Assembly (NCBI RefSeq): GCF_006345805.1
Contig: NC_043007.1
Location: forward strand, 49,848,001 to 49,912,000
Source: Octopus sinensis
Lineage: Eukaryota
Direction of reading: 5' to 3'
Length of the DNA stretch: 64,000 bases
Shown piece after piece: positions 1 to 11,784 of this stretch. The notes under the pieces were generated by a model that made no database searches, was not told the DNA's origin, and saw nothing but the letters and a program-made list of their open reading frames with translations. The position numbers and the translations under genes are program-made. The first letter of the stretch is position 1. The number at the start of each line of letters is the position of its first letter.

Positions 1-546
1 CCATACACATACACACACACATATATGCATTGATACACGACTGTGTGTTTGTGTCTATATGTGTATGTGCATGAAAGTACATCGTTTTGGACTCGTACAA
101 GGTGTTTGACTCGTAATAATAAAGTAGTGGCTTTTATTCCAGAGCTGGAGTTTATGTATTATTTAGTAGGAAAAATCGACCCCAGGACTTATTCTTTGTA
201 AGCCTAGTACTTATTCTGTCTGTGTCTTTTGCGGAACTGCTAAGTTACAGGGACATAAACACACTTCATTTTCCATTGCTCTTGTCTACTCAACTGAAAA
301 ATCACTATTTTTCAACTACTGATGTTGCCCTCTCTCCCTGCGTCAGTCACATTCTCGATGTTTCGCTGGATCAAGTGTACAAGGGCTTATCAGGTGACGA
401 TGTCCGTTCGCTACTCAGTAGGCACCTAAAAGGCTTGAGCAAAAACAAATGCTCCCAAATTATACTCGCTTGCGAGTGACGGCTATGATTTTTAACACAC
501 ACAAACGTACATTTGTGTGTGTGTTAAAACATACACACATAAACAC

Positions 547-577
<31 letters not shown>

Positions 578-995
578 CGTGTGTGTGTGTGTGTCTGTGT
601 GTGTGTGTTAAAAATCATTCTATTCATGCAAGTCCACTTCAAATCCTGTGGGTGTTATAACTCAGAATTTTTAACTGACAATTATGAAGTAGTACAAACT
701 ATTATTTCTGCCACATCGTCGTATATTTTCGTTCAGTTATTAATTACGGTGATGAACAAATTATAGAGGCATATGTGCGTTAATGAGCTAATAGGTGGCC
801 TGATATATTTGCTTGTAAAGTTTGTCCACATTAGTGACCGCTTTCTAGGCTTTTGAATTATCTTCTCCTAGCAACTGAACAAACTTCAAATGATGCATCT
901 TGTGATGTGTTGACGTCGGGCGTTGTGTCGAATTTATAGACATACTGACATACACGCACACAAACACATGCACACACACACAAACATACACACAC

Positions 996-1038
<43 letters not shown>

Positions 1039-1903
1039 CACACACACACCCTGCGCGCACAAATAGATACATAAAATACGCATACAATTGCCACGCATAC
1101 ACATGCACACACATACAGCGTGTATAGTAGGTGTGTGTGTTGTGTGTGTGAGTGTTTGTGTGAGTGTGTTCAGAGAAAGAGGGAGATATGTGAAGAGGTG
1201 GAAAGAAACATAACATGATGATGAAGAGAATATGATGATGAATATGATGATGAATATGAAGAGAGTATGATGATGAAGAGAAAATGATGAAGATAATAAA
1301 ACTCAAGCTGGTTATGAATGAGAAGTGCTATGATGTGAGGGGTTATACAAATACAATCTGAGAGAGAGAGAAAGAGAAAGAGAGAGAGAGGGAGCGGGTG
1401 GGAGATGGAGAAATGGGGAGATGGAGAGGGAGAGAGAGAGAGAGAAACTAAGCGAGAGGTGATTGAGTAAATTACGAGTCACTCATTGCCCTTCGATAAA
1501 CACTAATTAATTGATAACATTAAATAGTTAGAAATATGTGTCTTAACTGAATTTTATGTTTCAGTTAGGTATCTATAAATATTGCTCGTTGATTTAGATA
1601 CAGAGTATATATATATTCAGAAATACAAGGAACATAGAGAAAAAATCTGAAACTGTGGGAGCTAAATGTCAATGAGAAGGACTTTAGTAACGTCTGTAAT
1701 GTGGATTGACTTCAAGCACAAATAAGAAGCTAATTTGTTCATTTTCTTATAATTACGACGAGCAAGAGTTTCATTCGTGAACTAGTATGAAAACAATTCG
1801 TACAGAAATATCAAAAAACGTACTAGTGTGATATTTTTGGAACAATTCGTTACTAAAGATTTTAAGAAAAGCCGCTTTTTGTTAATCCATTGTTAAGCCC
1901 ATC

Positions 1904-1968
<65 letters not shown>

Positions 1969-2126
1969 TGACATATATGTCGGCAAGAAAGAACAATAGA
2001 ATAAGTACTAGGCTTACAAGGAATAAGTCGTAGGGTCGATATGCTCGATAAGAGGCGTTCCTCCAGCATAGCCGCGGTCAAATGACTGAAACAAATAAAA
2101 GAAAAAATATAAATATATATATACAT

Positions 2127-2510
2127 AGGTGCAGAAGTGGCTGTGTGGTAAGTAGCTTATTTACCAGCCACATGGTTCCGGGTTCAATCCCACTGTGTGG
2201 CACCTTGGGGAAGTGTCTTCTACTATATCCTCGGGACGACCAATGCCATGTGGATGAATTTGATAGACGGAAACTACCAAATTATATATGTATGCGTGTG
2301 TGTTTGTGTGTCTATTTGTCCCCCCGCCCCAACATCGCTTGACAAGCGATGCTAGTGTGTATGTCCCTGTAACTTAGCAGTTCCGCAAAAGACACAGACA
2401 GAATAAGTACTAGGCTTTCAAAGAATAAGTCCTGGGGTCGATTTTCCCAACTAAAGGCGGTGGTCTAGCATGGCCGCGGTCAAATGACTGAAACAAATAA
2501 AAGAATATAA
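2127..2510 (+). mobile_element. Full-length copy of the dominant tRNA-derived SINE
   Basis: Same head, body and tail as 50305-50720; an extra tail fragment lies at about 1975-2105. Confidence 0.8.
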
Positions 2511-2657
2511 ATGTATGTATATATATGTGTGTGTGTGAGTGTGTGTGCATGTATATATGTATATGTGTATATATATATATATATGTATGTATATATATTG
2601 TATATATATGTATGTGTATATGTATATATATATATTTAGATATATATATGTATATAT

Positions 2658-2711
<54 letters not shown>

Positions 2712-4016
2712 TGCAAAGTGGGGAGAGAGAGGGTAAGAGAAGACGAAAAGATACTGAGGTAGAATCGTGTCGTAATTTTGCATGTGTGTCAATATGCGTG
2801 CTTTGAGCGTATGTCAAAACACTTTGGGACAGTTAGCATTAAACTCTTGCTTATGTATGCACAAATATATACTCTGCAATAGGCATCTTATTGTGCAAAC
2901 GTTATATTGTCATTTTACTAAAACTATTATTATTATCCTCCTCCTCCTCATCATCATCATCTCTAGACTCCTACCCTCTTTCCCTCACTTATATTATGTG
3001 ACTCATCTTGATGACTGATAACATTATTGAATGTGAACTCTCCATCACGCACCGTCATTATTTGTTTACAGAGGAAGGAAATCAACTTTTCATCGTTTGA
3101 TTTTATAGCTGTTTTATTCCTTGTTGATATTTCATTACGGTGTATTAGACGTACACAAACACACACGCACACATACACACACACACACACACACACATAC
3201 ACACACACACATACACAAGCAGACAAAAACGTCTACAAACGCTTGCACACATGTATATTTATGCTTATGTGTATAGATATGTTTAGATCTAAACACACAT
3301 ATATATACATAGGAATACATTCACACACACACATATGTATATATGTGTGTGTGTAGATAGAGACATATATGTGTGTGTAGATAGATGCATATATGTATAG
3401 CCATGTGTGAATATATATGTATTTAGCTGTTATCATGGTAGTATGTGTAATTGTATTGGCAGGAATATAATGCAATATGTACATATTGCATTACTGTTGT
3501 TCTTCGTTATTATTTTTATTATTGCTTTCTTTACCATAATTCAGATGTCTCGAAATCTTAAGCATCAATCCCAAAACGTATGAATGCTGAAAGGTATGGG
3601 TCTGCTTTGTACTGATCTATGTTTGTAAAAAATGACTTTATGAGTTTCTATTCATCTATCAATTCCTTTAGATATCCGTCTCTTCATATGTGCTTGTATA
3701 TACTGTATGTATGAATGTATGTATGTATGTATGTATGTATGTATGTATGTATGTATGTATGTATGTATGTCTGTCTGTCTGTCTGTCTGTATGTATGTAT
3801 GTATGTATGTATGTATGTATGTATGTGTGTATGTGTGTGCCTGTGTGTGCGTGGTTTTATGTTCGTATACATATTTGTATGACTGTATGTATGTGTGTAT
3901 ACATACATATATACATACGCATATACGCATATATTTACATATGCACATGTTTTAATACTATATATAATCTATCTGTCAAGTTATCTATCATCTGTCTATC
4001 AACCTATCGATCATGT

Positions 4017-4060
<44 letters not shown>

Positions 4061-4304
4061 GTAAGATCTCTCAGGAAAGAAATTCTGCTTTTATTTTGAT
4101 GCAACAGCCCCCCCAATATTTAGTAAAAGTATTGGGGTGACGACTGTGCAGGCGTTAGGGGAGGCCATCCCGTGTCTCTTGACTGTGGTGGTCTTGCATA
4201 GTGGTGGGCAAGGTTCCTTCTTTGTGCTTGGCGCAGCCAGATTAGCTGCTGGACAATCCTTTGTATGTATATATATGACAATCCTATGTATATATATGTA
4301 TAAA

Positions 4305-4346
<42 letters not shown>

Positions 4347-5251
4347 AATACAGTTTTGCGTGAGTGTGCTTGGTTCTATTTATATATGTATGTAGGTATC
4401 TGTGCGTGTATGTCTGTATGTATGCGTTTGTTGTGTTCGCGTGCATGTGGGTGTATAGAAAAAACTGTTTTCTGGAACATGCCAAGCTGAATTGTATTTA
4501 TTGGCGATTGTAACAGGAATAAACAGAAATTACCAAACGAATTTCGAATTTTGTCTATTGGTTTTTTACGTCATCTTTGTGGTTAATAGAAATTGTTTGT
4601 GTGCATATTTTATCATTACGCTGTGATTGCAATATTTCTATCGCTGTTTTATGTTATCAGGGATTATGTGTAGAAAACACATGTTCTTTATTCATATAAG
4701 CTATGTTCTTGCAAGGAATTGCGATGCTCAACGTAGCACGGCACAAGCATATAACGAAATACATATATCAATTCTGCACTGAAATGTTCACAAAATGGAC
4801 GATTAGTGATGGAAGCAAGAGCCATAGCTGGGCAAATGATAGAATATATACACGGATAATGTACAGTTGTTACTCTAAATATGAATACACTTATATTGAC
4901 GTATAAATATAGATACTGCACATACATACATAAATACATATGTAAATGCACTTATAAACATCCATACTTACAAATATACACACACATATACCTGAATAAT
5001 CATACGTATTCTTTTATTCATCTACAAGTTTCAGCCATTGGAGTGAGGCCATGCCTGAGTATCACCTTGAGGGATTTTAATCGAACAAGTCGAGCCCAGG
5101 ACTTGCTTTTGAAGCCGTATACTTATTCTATTAGTCTCTTTGGCTGAACCGCTAAGCTACAAAACGAACACTTTAGAATGGGTACCAGTAAGGTACCGGG
5201 TATAAACCATTCGTTTTATTATCTAATAATTTACATTTTTATATGGTATGC

Positions 5252-5297
<46 letters not shown>

Positions 5298-5300
<3 letters not shown>

Positions 5301-5809
5301 ATTTTATAGAAGGAGCTTCTGCAGGACTAGAACTGTTTCATTCAAAAGAAATCATCAGGAAGCTAATAGACAAGAGTTGTTTTGGCATTTATACATTTAG
5401 GCAGGTTTAAATGGGTGGTGGTGGGGGACTTTTTTGGGGGTAGGCATGGCGCAAAACTGTCATTATTAGGGGGGTGGTCAAAGGAATAGGTGGTAAAGTA
5501 GATAAAAGAATAAATAAAAGAATAAAAAAATTAAAAAATAAAAAATAAAATAATTCTTTTATTTTTTAATTTTTTAATTTTTTATTTTTTATTTTATTCT
5601 TTTATTTATTCTTTTATCTACTTTACCACCGATTCCTTTGACCACTCCCCTAATAATGACAGTTTTGCGCCATGCCTACCCCCAAAAAAGTCCCCCACCA
5701 CCACCCATTTAAACCTGCCTAAATGTATAAATGCCAAAACAACTCTTGTCTACTAGCTTCCTGGTGATTTCTTTTGAATGAAACAGTTCTAGTCCTTCTA
5801 TAAAATAAA
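5298..5809. repeat. ~510-bp near-perfect palindrome
   Basis: 5298-5550 is the reverse complement of about 5555-5809, apart from a short extra block in the left arm and A/T-run length differences. Confidence 0.9.
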
Positions 5810-5879
5810 TTAATTTACTCTGCTATGTATTGAGTACCTTATTTACTGTGGTTAACCCCGACTCAACCCGGGACTACAT

Positions 5880-5941
<62 letters not shown>

Positions 5942-6097
5942 CTTTATTTAAAGCAGCAGAAAATTCAACAACGGGAAACTCAGAGTAACATGTTTTGTTG
6001 AATTTTCTGCTGCTTTAGATAAAGCATATTACTCTACCACTGGTATTTGAGTACTCTTTTCTCCACCTTGTTTCACATTTATGTGTTTACTCCGGTG

Positions 6098-6148
<51 letters not shown>

Positions 6149-6739
6149 ATTAGAAAACCAATGCATCTGCTAACTACGCTAACCACTAAAGGATTTATTT
6201 CAATTTATTTTCCCCTGAAGATGGAATAGTCTGCTACTATATGGAAAGTTTCACTTCATCCGCCCCAGAAATGCACCATGTGCGTATCTATTTTGGAAAC
6301 AGCTGTAAGAGACTATCTGTACATCTTACTCCCTTATTACTTTGATACACTTTATTCTAACAACTCTATTGTAACATCCTTGCAATTACGGATAAAAAGG
6401 CAAATTCCATGCTCCAAGCTAATATCAACTGATTGTCTGTTCATTCTTTCTGCTTACTGAAAACGTATCCGCTCAAAGATGAACCATTTATTGCTATTGA
6501 TTACTAAGCGACTACAACACCACTTTGTTTTAGGTGCAGTTGAAGGGTGTGTTTTGGGTGGTTAGTCAACCCGAGCACTTAGTGTTTATATCTGTCGCAT
6601 AATTTATATATAAAAATATAACATTTTCCCTGAACTCTCTCTCTCTCTCCCTCTGTTCTGTTTATACATACATATATATATTATATAATATAATTATATA
6701 TATATATATTTATATATATACATACATACATACATACAT

Positions 6740-6781
<42 letters not shown>

Positions 6782-6870
6782 GCATATGTAGCTAGATAGA
6801 TCGATAGATAGTTAGACTAAGGGAGAGAGACAGAATAAAGGACAGAGATAGAGCGGGCGAGAGAGACAGG

Positions 6871-6907
<37 letters not shown>

Positions 6908-7319
6908 CACGCGTGGGCATGTGTGTGTCATACACATACACACACATACACACACTGACGTATGTACGTGTGTGTGTGTATGTGTGTGAATGAGTAGGTG
7001 TGTGTATGCGTATCGGAATGAAACATATACAAACCAACGGTGAAATTGAAATATGACGAAAGAAGAAAATAATCGAGACAAATAGAAGAAATATCGGTCA
7101 CATTAACGATAAAATAAATAATTAAATCAAGATGTTTATTACAATGATAATTAGTCAATCAGATTAACTATCTTCTACTGCAGGTGAAGTATAGCATTAA
7201 CCACTTGACTCAGCGGGTAACTGATTCTTTTGCATTTTGGGGATCAGCATCTGACGGAAGTGCTCTATTAAAGAGTTCCGGTTGCAAGGTGTCCATAACG
7301 GATGTTTTTATACCGTGCT

Positions 7320-7402
7320 TTAATAATAATAAAAATAACAATAATGATGATGATGATGATGATGACGATGATAATAATAATAATAATAATGATGATGATG
7401 AA

Positions 7403-7471
<69 letters not shown>

Positions 7472-7509
7472 AATTATTATTATTATTATCATTATTATTA
7501 TCGTTATTA

Positions 7510-7585
<76 letters not shown>

Positions 7586-7738
7586 CATCATCATCGACAT
7601 CATCATTATTTTATGTTTGACTTTTGCTTTACATTTTGCAAGTTGGCTCAAAGTCTCACCCAGAGACCTCAAGAGACAACAAGCTGGAAGTTCATGTTGG
7701 AACTTCCAGCTTGTTGTCTCTTGCTATTATTATTACTA

Positions 7739-7806
<68 letters not shown>

Positions 7807-7822
7807 GTTATTATTATTATTA

Positions 7823-7859
<37 letters not shown>

Positions 7860-8322
7860 ATGATATGATGATGATAATGATGATGATGGTGACGACGTTC
7901 ATTACAACGATAATGACAACGATGAGGATATTATTCTTGCTGCTGAATTTGTTATGGCTGTTGTTATTATTACTATTTGAATCATTATTATGGTTGTTCA
8001 AATTCCGCCGTGATAGACTATGCCTTACATCCTTTCGGGGTCGATAAATTAAAGAATTAAACGTCGTAAGAAATATTGCATATTTCCCTACTCTCTAGTG
8101 GTTCTGACAACAAGCATGAAGTAGTGGTAGTAGTAGCAGCAGCAGCATTAGCTACAGTAGCAATAGAGGCAGCAGTAGGAGCAGCAGTAGTAGTAGTAGT
8201 ATTATTAGTAGCATTAGTAGTATTGGTAGCAGCAGTAGTAGCAGTAGCAGAATTAGTAATAGTAGCAGAATCAGCGGTTGTAGCTACAGTAGCAATAGAG
8301 GCAACAGTAGCAGCAGCAGTAA

Positions 8323-8389
<67 letters not shown>

Positions 8390-8390
8390 T
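7320..8390. repeat. Compound trinucleotide microsatellite field (AAT, ATT, GAT, TAG, CAG)
   Basis: Direct reading; source of the poly-N/Y/L/I/V artefact ORFs. Similar fields at 20240-20690 and 44520-44800. Confidence 0.95.
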
Positions 8391-8419
8391 GTTGCCTTTT
8401 CTGCCATTGGTACAATGCC

Positions 8420-8620
8420 TGCAATTTGGGGGAGGTGTGTTGTCGATCACAACTATCCCGGTGCCCAACTGGTACTTATTTTATCGACCCCTAGAGGATG
8501 AAAGGCAAAGTCGACCTCGGTGGAATTTGAATGGGTGAAATACTGATATGTATACAACAGGCGAAAAACCGCTGAGCATTTTGCCCAGCCTGCTAACGAT
8601 TCTGCCCGCTCGCTGCCTTG
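8420..8620 (-). mobile_element. Second tRNA-derived SINE family (Deu/Nin-type central domain)
   Basis: Minus strand ..GAGGTCGACTTTGCCTTTCATCCTCTAGGGGTCGATAAAATAAGTACCAGTTG; domain name is from recall. Confidence 0.7.
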
Positions 8621-8693
<73 letters not shown>

Positions 8694-8730
8694 TAATAAT
8701 AATAATAATACCAATAATAATAATAATACC

Positions 8731-8785
<55 letters not shown>

Positions 8786-8829
8786 TATAAAATATAGATA
8801 GAGTAACACATTCCCTATGTCACAGAAGA

Positions 8830-10898
8830 AAGACTTCTAGGCTTAAAAATATATCTAGTCATGAAAAAAAACAGCGGCTGTCTTCAGATGAAACTGGAAG
8901 AAATCTCCGTACATGACTATGTAGGACGTGAAGAGGAAATGGAAGAATAACAAGAGAAAGTAGAAGAGAGAAGTAACAGTCCAGATGTAGACACATAGAA
9001 AGACTTCATAGCAAGGAAAATGTTGCAGAAGAGGGAAGGAGCCTACTACAACGCCTAAATGAGACATGACCTAATGAAAGAGGCTACCATCTTTGAGAGG
9101 AACTGGAAGAGGAAAATTATATAAACTAGAAGGACGAACTGTTAACAAAAATCTGTGTTAAAAATATAATGCACCTTATATACTGAGCAGCGTCTATTGT
9201 AAAAATTCTTAGGGTCAGATATCAAGGAAAGGAAAGTGACAATTCTCAATGGGGGAGCAAAGACTTGTGTGCCAAGATCTCAGTAGAAATCTTGGAGGGA
9301 TAAATGCAAACATAGAAAATAAGATGAACAGATAATGACACAGGAACGAAAGAACAATAGAGAAAAAGTATTACAGGTAATTAAAGAAAAAGTATGACAC
9401 GATATTATCAAAGCGCTGTCAGGTAAAAACAGAGCATAAAACAGTAACAGCAAATCTGGCCCTTCAGAAATATCGAAAGGAATTTGCAACAGCTGAACAA
9501 GGAAAAGGAACTTTAGAAGAATAATGTGGCTATTTTCATAGCAAACTGGTTATGAAAATTTAAAAGTGAAAAGTGAAAAGGGCAGCGAAACACTATGAAT
9601 ATTACAGGAAAAAAAGTGGAAATGATGCTTAAGAAAATACCAAATTGGAAAGCCCCGACTATATGGTGCGCAGGGATTGTGGCTCAAAAATCTTACAGAG
9701 TCATATAAACCGTCTTTTCGTGAAAGTATAGAAAATAAAATGCCAACATGCATGGCAAAAGTAAAGAAAGAAAAAAGGAGTAGGTAATTTTAGACCCATT
9801 ATGTTCCAGCTATTATGATAGAAATTATTTACTAGGCTCATAACAGTCGAAGTATATGTTTCTGGGAAAGGAGAGCAAAAGGGATGGAGAAAAGTAAAGA
9901 AGTGATGATTTTTCTGTTTATTCATAGTATGATACTAGATAAGAACAATTTTGCTGTTGGATGGATCGAGTGCAAGAAGTCATACGACCATTTTCCACAT
10001 TGCTGGCTTCAGGAATACCCAACTACGCTCGAAGTCAATGAGAAGATATACAACATTTTGGAAAAAGTAAAGCTGAGAGTGTGGGTAAGTATAACTAATA
10101 TGCGAAAATGAGCCGTTAGGAAATGTAAAAATACGCGAGGAGGTATTCCAGGGAAACTCAAAGTCGCCATTACTTTTTGTCATTGTGCCTTATGAGTTTG
10201 TAAAAATCAAGGTGAAAATAAATCACCTAATATGTATGGATGACCTCAAACCAGACACAAAAACTGGAAAAGTGCTGGATTCTCTGTTCCAAAGAGTATT
10301 TAGCGAAAATGTTGGGATGCAGTTTGGAGTAAATAAATATGCAATGTTAATTCTGAAGAGACCATTTATTATGAAACGATATGAAGGTGAAAAATCTCCA
10401 GAGAATACAAAAGAAGAATTAGGAAGACGCACGAAGATAAATGGAAGGAATAAATACAAAGTAATGAATACATGGGCCATGCCATTATTAACATACTCTG
10501 CTCCTTTTCTAAAATGAACAAAGACAACGGTACAGAACTTAGAAATAGAAAGATAATTACTATGCACAACGAGCACTACCTTAAAAGTAATATCAACAGA
10601 CTCTATGCAGAAAGGAAGGAGCCAGAGGATTACTAAACGCAGAAGATACCGTTTGTATAATGATACTGGTTTTGAAAAAAACTCTCTTGTTCATTGTGAA
10701 CAAAGAACAATATCAACGACATTGAACTCCAAGAGTTATTGAAACAGGGGAATTCAAGAATACAAGGGAAAATAGTAAAATAAGTAGCTGGAAAGAGAAG
10801 CATTTACATGGCCATTCATGCAACAAATCGAAGATTTTGCGAGTAAAGAACGCTAGATGAGGCTGAACCACTAATTATTGAAACTGAAGTGCTAATTA
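8830..10898 (+). mobile_element. Older, heavily decayed R4/Dong-like LINE fragment
   Basis: Residual RT motifs NWKAP / GAQGLWLKNLTE (about 9643-9700), NFRPI (about 9786), AVGWIECKKSYD (9884 ORF), FQGNSKSPLLF (about 10145), INHLICMDDLK and VMNTWAMPLLTYS (10185 ORF); preceded by (TAA)n at about 8620-8784. Confidence 0.8.
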
Positions 10899-11780
10899 CA
10901 CTGGGCAAAAAAAAATGATTGTTTTCTACCCAGACAAATGGTGTTGTACTAAACTAAGTCAAGTACGCTGATTCCGAATCTGAACTCAGAATTGCTGTAG
11001 CACGTCAGGATTTTGAGTTATGCGCATAATTATATATTCATAATATATTAGAACCAGGAATAGTTAAGTTCAAGATAAATAATTATCATTATAGTATATT
11101 AGTACTGTATATAGTATATTTACGTTCAAAGCAAATAGTATTATAATATGATGGTACAGAGTATATTTATGTTAAGGGAATACTGATTTTATTTTTGCTA
11201 TGTTCAGTTCAGAAATGTTTGAGGCACTTGCTCCCGCGCTTATGTGTCGTGCTGTTTTCCCGTTGTAAGAACCATCAGTAGTCACCCATCATGTGTGAAT
11301 TGAATCGGCATTGATACCTCGTTTCCATCTCAGCTTTGTCCTGGTAGAACCTCTCACTATGTTCATTACTAACGGCACCAAGATTCGTTGGGAAAAAAAT
11401 CGAGATGAAAATGCAAAAATTGCATTTTAAGGAACATTCGGCATCCCATTCTTTCATAGGCTGTCTGCATGTTATTTATAAAATCAGCATAGTTTTCATC
11501 TCTATGATTTCCAAGAAAGTTCTGTACAACTAATACGAATGAATTCCATGCCGTCAGCTCAGCTGGATTCAATTTACCTCTGAATTTGCTATCAGACATC
11601 AATTCTCTGATCTCGGGTTCAATGATAATCCCTGCTTTTCTTTTTGCGTCACTTTTCTCTGCACCAAATTTTATACCAAAGAAATTGAAAAAATTGAGAA
11701 ATAGCGACATCAGCTACTCCTAGACTCCTGAACTACTTATTTTGGTTGCATACACGATCTAATAATCTCCGTCAATCGCG
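10899..11780 (-). mobile_element. DNA transposon 3' fragment, probably Chapaev3 (CMC superfamily)
   Basis: ORFs 11369-11710 and 11275-11457 give AGIIIEPEIRELM..AWNSF..VQNFLGNH..GCRMFLKMQFLHFHLDFFP / NLGAVSNEHSERFYQD; terminus CACTGGG at 10899 preceded by TTA. Family name is from recall of this motif set. Confidence 0.7.
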
Positions 11781-11784
11781 ATTA

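Noticed and set aside
449-4064. Many 60-150 aa ORFs rich in CV, YI, HT, MYV repeats (and equivalents throughout the window)
   Set aside because: Translations of (TG)n, (TA)n, (CA)n and (TATG)n microsatellites.
4108-4262. Possible 155-bp exon with AG and GT boundaries and an open frame
   Set aside because: Peptide unrecognisable, splice signals could arise by chance beside microsatellites, and no partner exons were found.
7184-8047. 287-aa ORF with poly-N, poly-Y and poly-L
   Set aside because: Stop-free frame through (AAT)n/(TAT)n tracts; no domain content.
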